Shown: positions 7,908 to 19,176 of the stretch, piece after piece | How positions within the stretch are numbered: position 1 is the first letter of the stretch | How the letters are laid out: each line of letters begins with the position of its first letter | Virus record (IMG/VR): IMGVR_UViG_3300011013_000008 | Location: 22,123-86,122 of that record | DNA from: a virus | DNA length: 64,000 nt | Reading direction: 5' to 3' (one strand) | Notes under the pieces: generated by a model | Databases searched by the model: none | Told to the model about the DNA's origin: nothing | Seen by the model: only the letters and a program-made list of their open reading frames with translations | Translations under genes and position numbers: made by a program

Positions 7908-8659
7908 GTAATAACAAACAAACATGGACAGAAGATCGAGTAGCAACATTAGTTGGATTAGTTGGAGCAGACACTTCTGTTGAAGTATCCGCAGACCTTC
8001 AAAATACAGCAGCAGAGCAACTTGATGTATCTGTACGTTCAATCGCATCTAAACTTCGTAATCTTGAGTACTCCGTAGCTTCTACAGCTACTAAAAAAGT
8101 AGCTGCTTATAGTGCTACTGAAGAAGAAGAACTGCGTGCTTTTGTAGAAAGTAATGCTGGTATGTTTACATACGCTGAAATCGCAGAGCAAGTACTTAAT
8201 GGTTCTAGAACTGCTAAGCAAATTCAAGGTAAACTATTATCTATGGAGCTATTTGAAAGCGTTAAACCTACCCCTAAAGTAGAAGCTGCTAAGCAATATT
8301 CTGATGAGGAAGAAGTTAAATTTATTGAACTTATGAAAAGCGGAGCATATTTAGAAGATATTGCTGCTGCTATGGGTCGTGAACTTAACTCTGTTCGTGG
8401 TAAAGCATTATCTCTTACCCGTGCTGATGACAGTTTAACTGTGCCTAAGCAGAAAGAGTCTCATGCTACAGCTAAAGCTGATATTCTGGCAGATATTGAA
8501 GATGTTTCTGTAATGACTGTTGCTGAAATTGCTGCTGCAATTGATAAAACAGAACGTGGTGTTAAAACTATGCTTACTCGTCGTGCTCTTGTTGCAAAAG
8601 ATTATGATGGTGCTAAGAAAGCTGCTAAAAATGCTAAAGCAGCCGAAGAAGCTGCTTAA
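7904..8659 (+). CDS. D5: T5 D5-like DNA-binding protein
   Basis: TYAEIA, KQIQGKLLSME, RGKALSL, MTVAEIA...ERGVKTMLTRR...KDYDGA. Confidence 0.9.
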   Translation: MSNNKQTWTEDRVATLVGLVGADTSVEVSADLQNTAAEQLDVSVRSIASKLRNLEYSVASTATKKVAAYSATEEEELRAFVESNAGMFTYAEIAEQVLNGSRTAKQIQGKLLSMELFESVKPTPKVEAAKQYSDEEEVKFIELMKSGAYLEDIAAAMGRELNSVRGKALSLTRADDSLTVPKQKESHATAKADILADIEDVSVMTVAEIAAAIDKTERGVKTMLTRRALVAKDYDGAKKAAKNAKAAEEAA

Positions 8660-8685
8660 TCACTAGTAGTTAAGAAAAAAAAAGC

Positions 8686-8714
8686 AAAGCGGAGACACTC
8701 GTCTCCGCTTTTTT
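8686..8714 (+). terminator. intrinsic terminator after D5
   Basis: AAAGCGGAGAC-ACTC-GTCTCCGCTTT followed by a T tract. Confidence 0.88.
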
Positions 8715-8728
8715 ATGTGTGAGGCAAA

Positions 8729-9037
8729 ATGACTAAAAAAGTAACAGTAATATTTGAAGACGGTGAATCTTTAACTAATGGTGAAATTATTGCTAACCTA
8801 CACGCAGTCTATGGTAAAAATGCAGAAGTACAAGTTGACCCTGTTAATAAAACCCCTCAATCTTATATCCAATTTGCTATCGAGCAACTAATCACGGAAG
8901 AACAAGCTCTAATATTTTTTGACCAGCCAGAGCAATATCAAATTAAACTAAAAGAATTAAGACACCAAGTGCACAAAACCCTTCAATTTATATTAAACGA
9001 TGTAATTATGGAGAATGAAGAAAAGTTTTCTAGTTAG
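8729..9037 (+). CDS. hypothetical protein
   Basis: 102 aa, GAGG RBS. Confidence 0.7.
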   Translation: MTKKVTVIFEDGESLTNGEIIANLHAVYGKNAEVQVDPVNKTPQSYIQFAIEQLITEEQALIFFDQPEQYQIKLKELRHQVHKTLQFILNDVIMENEEKFSS

Positions 9038-9046
9038 GGAGAATTT

Positions 9047-10408
9047 ATGGCAGATATTCGTGGAATAGTATTATATAAAATACTAAGCAAAGAAGATGGA
9101 TTTCTAGAGGTATGGTCTAAACTAAAACTAGGTTACTTCGGACAAGAATATAGTTCTATCTATAAGATGTTAGCTAAGTTTTACCTAACACATAGTGACT
9201 TACCTTCATTTTCTGAATTAGAAATATTTAATAGAAACTCAATTAATGCTCTAGCAATAGAAGCATTAAAAAGTATTGAAGTTCCAGACGTAGAATTAGA
9301 TTTAGCTCTAGAAGCTCTTATTAATGATTTTACTCAGGAAGAAACCTTAGCTGAGTTAGATAAATTTGTAGATCATATAACTATTCTTAGCGCAGAAGAA
9401 ATTAAGGAAGAATTAGGAAATATACTATTAAATGTAGAAGAGAAAACATTATCCTCAGAAGATATTGTTAGAATGGATGAAATAGAACTTACTACTGAAC
9501 CTGAATTATTAGGATTAATGCCATTAGGCATTAATAATACATTTGATGCAGAAATTGGTGGTATGGCTCCTACAGAAGTCTTAGCTCTAGGAGGTATGAG
9601 AGGTAGTGGTAAATCTATATTAAGTGAAAACTTATGGATTAACCAATATGAATATGGAAAAAGTTCTCTTTACTTTACTATTGAAATGCGAGCCAGAGAA
9701 ATATTTAATAGAGCATTAGCAATGCTTAGTGGTGTTCCTCTTACTAATATTATAAAAGCAGATTTAACTGATATTCAGCTAGATAAGATTGCTAAAGTTA
9801 GAGCGCATATGTTCGAAGGTGGAGAAGAAGTTTATCATAACTATATAGAACATAATGATTATACAAAGTTTAAAAATGAGTTAATATATACAAAGAAGCT
9901 AAAAGAAAATAATCAATTAGTAATAGTTGATAATCCTAGTTTAACATTAGCTAGTATAGACTTAAATATACAGAAGTTTAAAGCTCAGTTTGGGGATAGT
10001 TTAAACTTAGTAGTAGTAGATTATCTTAATGTAATAAACGTAGAAGATAAGTATGATTGGAAAGTACAAGTAGCTACATCAGCTAAACTAAAGGAGATTG
10101 CTAGAAAGCATGATATAATTTTAGCTGCTCCATATCAAATAGATAAAACAGGTGAAGCAAGGTTCTCAAAAGGTATTTTAGATAGTGTTGATATTGCTAT
10201 GACTCTGAATAAATCAGAGGGTAGAATAGATTTTGAATCTACTAAAACTAGAAATATGAAGCCTTTTACAATGGCTTCTCCTATTGATGATAGAACAATG
10301 CGTATTGATCCAAACGATGCAAATTTACCACCTAAAGAGGAAGCAGAACCAGAAGAAAAGAAAGAAAGTAAAAACGAAGAGAAATCACAAGATTTACCTT
10401 GGCACTAA
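9047..10408 (+). CDS. D6: DnaB-like replicative helicase
   Basis: Walker A GMRGSGKS, FTIEM, VVDYLN, PYQID.TGEARFSKGILD. Confidence 0.9.
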   Translation: MADIRGIVLYKILSKEDGFLEVWSKLKLGYFGQEYSSIYKMLAKFYLTHSDLPSFSELEIFNRNSINALAIEALKSIEVPDVELDLALEALINDFTQEETLAELDKFVDHITILSAEEIKEELGNILLNVEEKTLSSEDIVRMDEIELTTEPELLGLMPLGINNTFDAEIGGMAPTEVLALGGMRGSGKSILSENLWINQYEYGKSSLYFTIEMRAREIFNRALAMLSGVPLTNIIKADLTDIQLDKIAKVRAHMFEGGEEVYHNYIEHNDYTKFKNELIYTKKLKENNQLVIVDNPSLTLASIDLNIQKFKAQFGDSLNLVVVDYLNVINVEDKYDWKVQVATSAKLKEIARKHDIILAAPYQIDKTGEARFSKGILDSVDIAMTLNKSEGRIDFESTKTRNMKPFTMASPIDDRTMRIDPNDANLPPKEEAEPEEKKESKNEEKSQDLPWH

Positions 10409-10417
10409 GGAGTTGAA

Positions 10418-11290
10418 ATGAATGTAGTAGAGTTACTAGAGAAAGAAGGAATAAGATATACTAGCGCAGGAAAAGATGTACTAATACATTGTTTAAATCC
10501 TAACCATGAAGATAATAACCCTTCTATGCGTATTGATAGAATAACTGGTATGATGGGTTGTTTTTCTTGTGGCTTTGGTGGCAATCTATTCACCCATTTT
10601 AACAAATCAGTTGACACCACATCGATAAAAGTGATACAATTAAAAAAGAAAATTAGAGATATAACAAAAAATGAATTATTATTACCACCAGGCAAAAGCG
10701 ATTTTAAACAAAACTATCGGGGAATATCTAAAGACACGTATAAGCAATTCGAAGCTTTTACTCATGATAATTATGAGGGAAGAATTGTATTTCCCATCAG
10801 CAATATTACTGGTAAACTTATTGCAGTTATAGGTAGATATGCTTTTAGTGAAGCAACACCTAAGTATTTGATTGACCCATCTCATGTTAAATTACCAATT
10901 TATCCTCCTAAACCAGATATCTACAAAGATTCAATTATTTTAGTAGAGGGTATATTTGATGTATTAAACCTATATGATAAAGGTTTAACTAATGTAGTAT
11001 GTGGTTTTGGTAAATCAATGGGTGAGACCAAAAAACGAGATAAGAGAGTAGAAGTATTAAATAAATTTATACCTTTAAAAATACAAGGTGTTAAAAAGAT
11101 TTTTATTTTATATGATACTGGAGCAGATTCTTCTGCTAAGAAATTAGCTTTTCTATTATCTGAGTTATTTATTACAGAAGTAGTACTAGACTTTCCACTA
11201 TTTTCTAAAAATAAAGATGCTGGTGATCTAAATAAAGAGGAAGTTCAACAATTGAAAGAGTATATATATGAAACGAGTAGCACTGATTGA
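10418..11290 (+). CDS. pri: DNA primase
   Basis: Zinc finger CLNPNHED...CFSC; TOPRIM LVEGIFD; KDAGDL. Confidence 0.9.
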   Translation: MNVVELLEKEGIRYTSAGKDVLIHCLNPNHEDNNPSMRIDRITGMMGCFSCGFGGNLFTHFNKSVDTTSIKVIQLKKKIRDITKNELLLPPGKSDFKQNYRGISKDTYKQFEAFTHDNYEGRIVFPISNITGKLIAVIGRYAFSEATPKYLIDPSHVKLPIYPPKPDIYKDSIILVEGIFDVLNLYDKGLTNVVCGFGKSMGETKKRDKRVEVLNKFIPLKIQGVKKIFILYDTGADSSAKKLAFLLSELFITEVVLDFPLFSKNKDAGDLNKEEVQQLKEYIYETSSTD

Positions 11291-13538
11291 TAAATATGAT
11301 AAAGGAACTAACTATGCAAAGCTATTTCCTGAAGTTGAAATAGACTTATATCATTTATCATCACAAAACAAGAAAAAGCTATTAGTAGCTGATATGGATA
11401 TAGAAATAGACACTGAAGATTATGACTTTATAATTTTAGTAGGGGCAGAACCAACTAAGAAATATTGTTCTGGTAATGTATCTACTCATCAAGGTTATCT
11501 AGTAGATGAAAAATATTTACCTTTAATTGATCCAGGGATGTTAATATTCAAACCAGATATGAAATCTGCATTTGATAGATCAGTTAGTAATATACTAGAG
11601 TATATTTCAGGAGATAAAAAGCAGCCCATTTGGAGGGAATCAATCGGAGTAGAAGATGAGCAGGAAGCTCTGACTATACTAAAAGAAATTCTAGATGCTC
11701 CAGTTGGGCCGGTTGCTCTGGATACTGAAACAACTGCTTTATATAGTAGAAAAGGTACAGTACTAGGAATTAGTATAGCAAATTCTATTACTAAAGGTTA
11801 TTACATTTCTGCTGATGTTGTTGCAGAGGACTGCATAGAGATTATTCAAGCTATTATTAATAAACACATTATAGTATTCCATAATGCTAAATTTGATATA
11901 CATATGTTAAATTATCATTTTGGGTTAGACTTTGACTTAGATAATATAACTAATCCAGATTCTTTCGAAGATACTTTAATGTTACACTATATTCTAGATG
12001 AATCTACTGGGTCTCATGGACTAAAACAATTATGTATAAAATATACTGATCTAGGAGATTATGATAGGGATTTAGACCAATTTAAGAAAGATTACTGTAG
12101 GCTACATAAAGTAAAGCAGGCAGATTTTACTTATGATTTAATTCCATTTGATATTATGTATCCGTATGCAGCAAAAGATGCGATGGGTACTCTAGAATTA
12201 TATACAAAGTTTATTGATATAGTTAAGAATAGCAGAATAAACAAAGCGTATGAAATGCTGAAGAAAGGTGCTAAGTTTTTAATAAAGATTGAGGATAATG
12301 GAGTTCCTTTCTCAAAAGAAAAACTATTAGTTACTCAAACAGCGTTAGATGATGAAATATTCCAACTAGAACAATCTATCTACAAATACCCAGAAATATC
12401 TAAACTAGAAGAAACTTTAGAGGTTAAGTTTAATCCTAATTCTGTTCAACATTTACGATATTTATTTTATAGTATGTTAAATCTTCCTGTACACGGTAAA
12501 AAGACTGCAACTGGAGCTAATAGTGTAGACGCTGAAGTATTAGATTATTTATCGGAATTACACCCTATAGTTGAACATATTAGTCAGATAAAGAAAGCTA
12601 AAAAGATTAAATCTACCTATATTGATAAAGTGCTAATGCATCTTGATTGGGATGGTAGATTAAGAACAAACTATAACCTAACTACTACTACTTCTGGTAG
12701 ACTTAGTAGTTCTGGAACATTAAATATGCAACAATTACCTAGAGATGATAAACGGGTAAAAAGTTGTATTACTGCTCCAGAAGGATATAGTATAGTATCA
12801 CAGGATCTTGGTACAGCAGAAATGTACATTGCTGCAGTTCTATCAAAAGATAAAAACTTAATGCAAGTATTCATTGATAAACAAAAAGGGATTGGAGCAG
12901 ATTTTCACTCCTCTATTGCACATATGGTATTTAGATTACCTTGTGATGCTAAAGAAGTTAAAGAATTATATCCAATACAAAGACAAGCAGCAAAAGCTAT
13001 TTCTTTTGGTATTCTATATGGCTCAGGGCCGGACAAGGTAGCAAATACTGTAAATAGTGAGGGTGGTAATTTTACAGTACAAGATGCTAATGAAGCTATT
13101 GAACAATATTTTGCAGCTTTCCCTAAACTAAAGAAATGGTTATCTACAAATCAGCAGTTAATTAAGAAACAGGGATATATTTATTCAATCTTTAACAGAA
13201 AAAGAAGATTAGGAAATGTATTCTCTAAGGATAGACAGACTCAAGGACATGAGGTACGAAGTGGAATTAATTTTCTAGTACAGTCTGTAGCTTCTGATAT
13301 TAACCTATTGGCTAGTATTGATATACAACAATACATCAATGATAGGAACTTAGATGTAGAGATTTTTGGCTTAGTACATGACTCTATCTTAGCTATAGTA
13401 AATAATAACAATCTTGATGAGTATTTAAAAATTGCTCAAGAACTTACACAACAGGATTTTGGTTGTAGTATTCCAGGTTGTCCTATTGCTGTAGACCAAG
13501 AGATAGGAACAGACTATTCCTTTAAAAAAGATGAATAA
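11268..13538 (+). CDS. pol: family A DNA polymerase with 3'-5' exonuclease
   Basis: DTET, HNAKFD, YAAKD, TSGRLSS, QDLGTAE, RQAAKAISFGILYG, VHDSI. Confidence 0.95.
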   Translation: MKRVALIDKYDKGTNYAKLFPEVEIDLYHLSSQNKKKLLVADMDIEIDTEDYDFIILVGAEPTKKYCSGNVSTHQGYLVDEKYLPLIDPGMLIFKPDMKSAFDRSVSNILEYISGDKKQPIWRESIGVEDEQEALTILKEILDAPVGPVALDTETTALYSRKGTVLGISIANSITKGYYISADVVAEDCIEIIQAIINKHIIVFHNAKFDIHMLNYHFGLDFDLDNITNPDSFEDTLMLHYILDESTGSHGLKQLCIKYTDLGDYDRDLDQFKKDYCRLHKVKQADFTYDLIPFDIMYPYAAKDAMGTLELYTKFIDIVKNSRINKAYEMLKKGAKFLIKIEDNGVPFSKEKLLVTQTALDDEIFQLEQSIYKYPEISKLEETLEVKFNPNSVQHLRYLFYSMLNLPVHGKKTATGANSVDAEVLDYLSELHPIVEHISQIKKAKKIKSTYIDKVLMHLDWDGRLRTNYNLTTTTSGRLSSSGTLNMQQLPRDDKRVKSCITAPEGYSIVSQDLGTAEMYIAAVLSKDKNLMQVFIDKQKGIGADFHSSIAHMVFRLPCDAKEVKELYPIQRQAAKAISFGILYGSGPDKVANTVNSEGGNFTVQDANEAIEQYFAAFPKLKKWLSTNQQLIKKQGYIYSIFNRKRRLGNVFSKDRQTQGHEVRSGINFLVQSVASDINLLASIDIQQYINDRNLDVEIFGLVHDSILAIVNNNNLDEYLKIAQELTQQDFGCSIPGCPIAVDQEIGTDYSFKKDE

Positions 13539-14046
13539 AAAGCTAGTATGGCCACTATATCATATCCGTACTTACAGAAGTATAGAAGAAAAGGATGGTA
13601 TTATATATCTAGAGGATAATAGAGGTACTTATATTATTGATAATAAAAATCTTAGTGGTGATACTCTAGGTAAAAGAAGAATACGATTAAAGCATTCTTA
13701 TTTAGACGAGGGAATAAGAATATATAAACTAACTAAGATTTTTTATTATTGGGCAGACGTTATTAATAATACTCATCTGTCTAAGACGTATATAGATAGT
13801 AAAGGTACTTTATTCTTCTATAAGAAATCAAATAGACGGAAATTAATATATAAAAAGGTAAAAGATATTGTTATAACTAAAGATAGCAAACTATTAGTCT
13901 ACTGTGAAGATATATTTAAACCAATTTTAATTAGTTTTATACCTGTAGTAATGCCTAAATACTTAGGCTTGCTACAGATATATGATGACTATTTATTATA
14001 TGAATTATCTAGTACAGATAAGAAGGAAACATGGAGATTAGTATGA
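13531..14046 (+). CDS. T5-conserved hypothetical protein
   Basis: IDNKNLSGDTLGKRR and YIDSKG motifs; sits between pol and D10. Confidence 0.7.
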   Translation: MNKKLVWPLYHIRTYRSIEEKDGIIYLEDNRGTYIIDNKNLSGDTLGKRRIRLKHSYLDEGIRIYKLTKIFYYWADVINNTHLSKTYIDSKGTLFFYKKSNRRKLIYKKVKDIVITKDSKLLVYCEDIFKPILISFIPVVMPKYLGLLQIYDDYLLYELSSTDKKETWRLV

Positions 14047-15371
14047 AAGCAGTTCTTAGTAATAGAATATATCTTAGTAGTACACCGGAATTATTTAAAA
14101 GATGCAGGGAAGCATTATACTATGTAATACCACCAAAAAATTCTAAATTTGGTCGGCCAGAAATTGTTAATGATATAGTAATGATAAGTCCTACAGTATT
14201 TTCTATACCTATTGGTAGACAGGAATTAATACCGGAAGACTATGAAATTATTGATAAAAGAACTAGTGTAGGAGCTAGCATACCTAAACCTTTGATAGAG
14301 TTAAGGGAAGATCAAGTTAGTATTTTTGATGCAGTTAATGATAATTGTTTGATAAATGCAAAACCTGGGTATGGAAAGACTTTTACAGGATTACATATAG
14401 CTAAGAAATTAGGGTTAAAAACTTTAGTAGTAGTTCATAATACAGCACTAAGAGATCAGTGGGAAGAAGAAACTTATAAATTATTTGGCTTTAGGCCAGA
14501 TATTATAGGTACTGGTAAACTAAATAGTAGTACTAGTATTGTTATTAGTAATACACAAACTCTAGTTAAGCATTTAGATAAATTCTCTAAAGAGTTTGGT
14601 ACTCTAATAGTTGATGAGGTTCATAGGACACCATCTACAATATTTAAAAAAATTGTAGATTCTTCTTATGCACGATATAAGATTGGGCTAAGTGCTACTA
14701 TTAAGCGCAAAGATAATAAACATGTATTTATTCCTGATTATTTTAGTAAGGATATATTTATACCGGATACGGATACCGCATTAATACCAACTATAACGAT
14801 TATCAGAACAAAACTAAGGTTATCAGTCGGTAAGGTTTCAAAGGTAGGAAAACTCTCTAGGAAAACATCTGGTGGTTGGGCGTCTCAACTAACAGAATTA
14901 TGTGATAATCCAGAATATATAGAGTTAGTATCAAACCTAGTAGATATTAAATCTAATGTAGAAGGGCACAAAGTATTGTGCATAGGAGATAGATTAAATT
15001 TCCTAGATGTATGTACTAAAAGAGTAGCTAACTCAGTCAAAGTAACTAGCGAAACCACTAATAGAAAGGAAATACATGAAGGGTTTTATGATATACCTAC
15101 TAAATATAATAGTTTATTTGGTATCACTAGTATTTATAAAGAGGGTATTTCTGTTAATCCTCTTAGTTGTTTAGTACTAGGAGCACCAATAAATAATGAA
15201 CCTTTACTAGAACAGGTTATAGGTCGAGTAACTAGACCACATAAAGGAAAAAAGAACCCAGAAATAGTTGATATAGGATTAGATGATCCAGTTGGTAGAC
15301 GTCAATTAGCTACTAGAGTTAATTACTATATTAATAGGGGTTATAAAATAAGGGAGATACGACTTGATTAG
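14043..15371 (+). CDS. D10: superfamily 2 DNA helicase
   Basis: KPGYGKT, DEVH, LSAT, EGIS, QVIGRV; likely start MKAVLSNRIY at 14043. Confidence 0.9.
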   Translation: MKAVLSNRIYLSSTPELFKRCREALYYVIPPKNSKFGRPEIVNDIVMISPTVFSIPIGRQELIPEDYEIIDKRTSVGASIPKPLIELREDQVSIFDAVNDNCLINAKPGYGKTFTGLHIAKKLGLKTLVVVHNTALRDQWEEETYKLFGFRPDIIGTGKLNSSTSIVISNTQTLVKHLDKFSKEFGTLIVDEVHRTPSTIFKKIVDSSYARYKIGLSATIKRKDNKHVFIPDYFSKDIFIPDTDTALIPTITIIRTKLRLSVGKVSKVGKLSRKTSGGWASQLTELCDNPEYIELVSNLVDIKSNVEGHKVLCIGDRLNFLDVCTKRVANSVKVTSETTNRKEIHEGFYDIPTKYNSLFGITSIYKEGISVNPLSCLVLGAPINNEPLLEQVIGRVTRPHKGKKNPEIVDIGLDDPVGRRQLATRVNYYINRGYKIREIRLD

Positions 15372-15744
15372 ATACGATTGGAATGTATTATCTAAGCATC
15401 CTATTTATTATATATTTAACATTCTATATATACTAGATAATAAAATAGATTTTAAAACATTAACTAGAGAAGAATTAGGTGTAATAGCCTCTTTTAAAGA
15501 TAAGTCAGGTTTTCTGCTTAACTTTAATGGGATATTATCTAATAAGAGTAAACACACAGATAGTGAGATTTACTTATACTTAGATTTAGCTGCACAACGC
15601 AGTTATATCAATTACAAAGAAACAGGTGATCTTAGATTACCAACATACTACATTGAGCATAAATATGATCTTTCGAGATTAAGATTAAATACTATGCTCA
15701 CTGTGACTGATGAAGATATAATCTTCAAATATGAGGAAAAATAA
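15364..15744 (+). CDS. hypothetical protein (T5-type gene between D10 and D11)
   Basis: 126 aa, TTG start; synteny. Confidence 0.65.
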   Translation: MIRYDWNVLSKHPIYYIFNILYILDNKIDFKTLTREELGVIASFKDKSGFLLNFNGILSNKSKHTDSEIYLYLDLAAQRSYINYKETGDLRLPTYYIEHKYDLSRLRLNTMLTVTDEDIIFKYEEK

Positions 15745-15746
15745 AG

Positions 15747-16397
15747 ATGGCAAAAGGTTTTTCAGAATCCAATGGATCAGCAAAAAAGGGTGGAACTTAT
15801 TACAAATGGGTAGATGGAGATCAAACTCTAAGATTAGTAGGAGATATTGTTCCAAGATATTCTTACTGGAAAAGAACTCCAGACGGAAAAAACATTTCAA
15901 TTGAGTGTTTAGCTTTCGATCGAGATCAAGAAAAATTTACTAATGTAGAAAAGGATTGGTTTAAAGAATTACTTGGTACTGATGATAATGGAAAAGAAAT
16001 TCATTGTTCTTGGTCTTATGTATGCAGAGCTATTGACCCTAAAGATGATACAAAAACTGTGTTAATCCCAATGAAGAAAAAATTATATCAACAAATTATG
16101 GATGTAGCAGCAGAGCTTGGTGATCCTACAGATGTTGATAAAGGATGGGATCTTCCAATAGAGCGTAAGAAAACTGGAACTCAAGCGTTTAATGTTGAAT
16201 ATAACTTAAAGCAACTTAAATGTAAAAACACTGCATTAAATGATGTACAAAAAGAGACAGTAGCTAATATGCCGGATATTGACACATTAGTACCACGTCC
16301 AACTGCAGATGAGCAACATAAGTTTATCTTAGCAACTTTCTTTGGTGGTGATGAAACCACAGAAGATGCAGAGGCTGTAAATGAGCTAGAAGGTTAA
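15747..16397 (+). CDS. D11: D11-like single-stranded DNA-binding protein
   Basis: RLVGDIVPRYSYW, ECLAFDR, CSWSY, LGDPTD...GWD, FNVEY; acidic tail. Confidence 0.85.
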   Translation: MAKGFSESNGSAKKGGTYYKWVDGDQTLRLVGDIVPRYSYWKRTPDGKNISIECLAFDRDQEKFTNVEKDWFKELLGTDDNGKEIHCSWSYVCRAIDPKDDTKTVLIPMKKKLYQQIMDVAAELGDPTDVDKGWDLPIERKKTGTQAFNVEYNLKQLKCKNTALNDVQKETVANMPDIDTLVPRPTADEQHKFILATFFGGDETTEDAEAVNELEG

Positions 16398-16405
16398 AAG
16401 ACCTT

Positions 16406-16438
16406 TATGTAGCCCAGTAAACCTGGGCTACATATTTA
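16406..16438 (+). terminator. hairpin, probable terminator after D11
   Basis: TATGTAGCCCAG-TAAAC-CTGGGCTACATA followed by TTTA. Confidence 0.65.
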
Positions 16439-16451
16439 TAATGAGGTACAA

Positions 16452-17384
16452 ATGAGTAAAGTTTTATTTAGTGCAGACTTACACATTAAGCTAGGTCAAC
16501 GCAATGTACCAAAAGATTGGCAAATAAATAGATTCAGACTATTATTCAAAGAGTTATTAGCTCTAGAGAAAAAAGTAGATTACCATGTAATAGGTGGAGA
16601 TATATATGATAGAGTTCCTACACTAGAGGAACAAGTTTTATTTGCTGAATATTTAGTACAAGTAAAAATACCAACTATAATTTTTAGTGGTAATCATGAG
16701 GCTAGTAAGAAAGGTAGAACTTTCTTTGAGGTTTTAAAGCCTATGTATGAAAGACTAAATCCTAATATAACAGTAGTAATAGGTACTGCTGAGCTCTTAG
16801 GTATGGATATAATACCATATGAAGATTTAAAAACATTTAAGCCTTCAGACTTTTCTAATGATATCCTACTAACACATGTTAGGGGTGCAATAGAACCACA
16901 TGTTAAACCAGAAATTGATCTAACTAAGTTTGATAGATGGAAAGTAGTATTTGCTGGAGATTTACACTCTCATTCTAATTGTCAAAGAAACATAGTTTAT
17001 CCAGGATCTCCTATGACTACAACCTTTCATAGAGGTAGTACTAAAACAGGAGTTATAATCTTTGATAGCGAAACTGGTGAATATGAATGGATACATCTAA
17101 AACTCCCACAACTAATCAGAAAAACTGTAGAATCTGAAGATGATATGGTTCCCACCGAATTTGATCACACCATTTATGAACTAACAGGAGACTTATCAAA
17201 CCTTGCTAAAGCTAATAAAGTTAATCCTTTATTAGATAAGAAAATAGTTAAGCGTAAAGTTGAAGCTACTTTAGATTTTTCTAATTTAGAGACTATAGAA
17301 GCAGAGTTAGTAGCATACCTAAAAAAGATAAAAGGAATAAAGAATACTGATAATATTAGTAGGAGATTTAATGATAATATTTAA
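16452..17384 (+). CDS. D12: SbcD/Mre11-like nuclease
   Basis: ADLHIKLG, GGDIYD, GNHE, GDLH, YPGSP. Confidence 0.92.
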   Translation: MSKVLFSADLHIKLGQRNVPKDWQINRFRLLFKELLALEKKVDYHVIGGDIYDRVPTLEEQVLFAEYLVQVKIPTIIFSGNHEASKKGRTFFEVLKPMYERLNPNITVVIGTAELLGMDIIPYEDLKTFKPSDFSNDILLTHVRGAIEPHVKPEIDLTKFDRWKVVFAGDLHSHSNCQRNIVYPGSPMTTTFHRGSTKTGVIIFDSETGEYEWIHLKLPQLIRKTVESEDDMVPTEFDHTIYELTGDLSNLAKANKVNPLLDKKIVKRKVEATLDFSNLETIEAELVAYLKKIKGIKNTDNISRRFNDNI

Positions 17385-19176
17385 AAGAATGCAATGGAGT
17401 AATTTCTTTAGTTATGGCAAGGATAATAGTATTGATTTCAATAAAACTACTGTAACTCAGTTACTGGGTCAAAACGGAGTAGGCAAAACTTCTATACCAA
17501 TAATTCTACAGGAAGTTCTTTATGGAAAGAATGTTAAGAAAATAGCTAAGGCTAAGTTATTCAATAGAAATATTGAAGCAAAGGAGATAAGTGCTAGTGT
17601 ATGGTTTTCTGTTGATGAAGTAGAGTATAAATTATCCTATTCTAGAAACGGCTCTAAAGTAGTATTAGTACTATTTAAAGACGAGGAGGATATTTCTTCT
17701 CACACTGCGCCGGCTACTTTGAAATCTATCGAAAACATTTTACGCATGGACTTTGATACTTTCTCACAATTAATTTATCAGAGCAGTAAATCTAGTTTAG
17801 AGTTTTTAACTTCTACGGATACACAAAGAAAGAAATTTCTAATTACTTTGTTCAATCTAGAAGCATATACTGAATTACACGAGGTATTTAAGAATAAATT
17901 AGGTAGTACTAATTTAGAGTTATCTAATGTGCAAGGTAAGTATGATATTATTAACGGATGGCTAGAAAAACATAGTAGTATTATTTTTAAGGAAATGGAT
18001 TTAAAGGAAGTACCGGAAGCTCCAGATACAGAAATTGCTGTGGTACATGAGTTAGAAAGTAAGAAAAACGATGCTACTAATATTAATAAGAGAATTAATA
18101 AGAATAACACATACAAAAGACAACTTGAAACTTTAGATAAGTCTATGTTACATAGTTCTCTTAAGAATCCAAGGGGTATAGCAACTGCTGAGGCCAATAA
18201 AATATCTTTGACAGCTATTAAAAATGAAAAACAAAAATTAATTAAAGTTCTAAGTGAAAAAAGCGATATATGTCCTACTTGTAAGCAATCAATAGATATA
18301 AGCGAAAGTAAAGAATTAGAGCAAAAGTATCGAGCGGAAATGCAAGATATTGAAAAAAATCTGAGTGACACTATCACAAATCTTAAATTTTTACATGAAG
18401 AACTAGATCATGATAATAAGATTAAAAAAGTAACTAATGAATTTGAGACTATTACTAATTTAATTGATGATGAAGTACCTGATACTCTTATAGATGTAGA
18501 AGATATTAATTCAAGTATTCAAGACTTACAAACTAAGATACTTAAAAGGCAGAAAGATATAAAAGAGATTCAAGAATATAATGTTAGTGCTACTGTTAAT
18601 AATACTAATAAACAAACTCATGAAAAACAATTAAAAGAATATTCAGATAGTCTTAAAGAGGAAATGAATAAGTTAGAAGAACTATTTACTGAAATAGAAG
18701 AGCTAGAAATTATTAAAGAGGCTCTGAGTACTAATGGTATAGTTTCCTATAAACTAGAATATTTAACTAAAGATTTAGAGATTGTTATAAATGAATACCT
18801 AGAGGAATTATCTAGAGGACAGTTTCAGTTAAGTTTTGCTTTAAAAGGAGATAAACTTAACATAGATGTTTATGACTATGATAGTATAATTAGTATTAAT
18901 GAATTATCTGAAGGTGAATTAGCAAAAATTAATGTATCTACTCTATTAGCAATAAGAAGACTAATGCAAAGTTTATCTAATACAAAACTTAATGTATTAT
19001 TTCTAGATGAAATAATGGGTGTATTAGATGATATAGGTAGAGAAGATTTAATAACTGTATTACTTAGTGAGAGTAGCTTAAATACTTTTCTAGTAACACA
19101 TTCTTATACACATCCTTTAGTACCAAAACTAACTATTACTAAAGAAGATAGAATTAGCAGGATAACTGATGAATAA
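17371..19176 (+). CDS. D13: SbcC/Rad50-like ATPase
   Basis: GQNGVGKT, coiled coils with CPTC zinc hook, LSEGE, LFLDE. Confidence 0.92.
   Translation: MIIFKRMQWSNFFSYGKDNSIDFNKTTVTQLLGQNGVGKTSIPIILQEVLYGKNVKKIAKAKLFNRNIEAKEISASVWFSVDEVEYKLSYSRNGSKVVLVLFKDEEDISSHTAPATLKSIENILRMDFDTFSQLIYQSSKSSLEFLTSTDTQRKKFLITLFNLEAYTELHEVFKNKLGSTNLELSNVQGKYDIINGWLEKHSSIIFKEMDLKEVPEAPDTEIAVVHELESKKNDATNINKRINKNNTYKRQLETLDKSMLHSSLKNPRGIATAEANKISLTAIKNEKQKLIKVLSEKSDICPTCKQSIDISESKELEQKYRAEMQDIEKNLSDTITNLKFLHEELDHDNKIKKVTNEFETITNLIDDEVPDTLIDVEDINSSIQDLQTKILKRQKDIKEIQEYNVSATVNNTNKQTHEKQLKEYSDSLKEEMNKLEELFTEIEELEIIKEALSTNGIVSYKLEYLTKDLEIVINEYLEELSRGQFQLSFALKGDKLNIDVYDYDSIISINELSEGELAKINVSTLLAIRRLMQSLSNTKLNVLFLDEIMGVLDDIGREDLITVLLSESSLNTFLVTHSYTHPLVPKLTITKEDRISRITDE

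Noticed and set aside
17778-18377. 199-aa antisense ORF in D13 and similar shadow ORFs in ligB, primase, tape measure, capsid and the repeat protein
   Set aside because: These are in-register antisense shadows of real genes.
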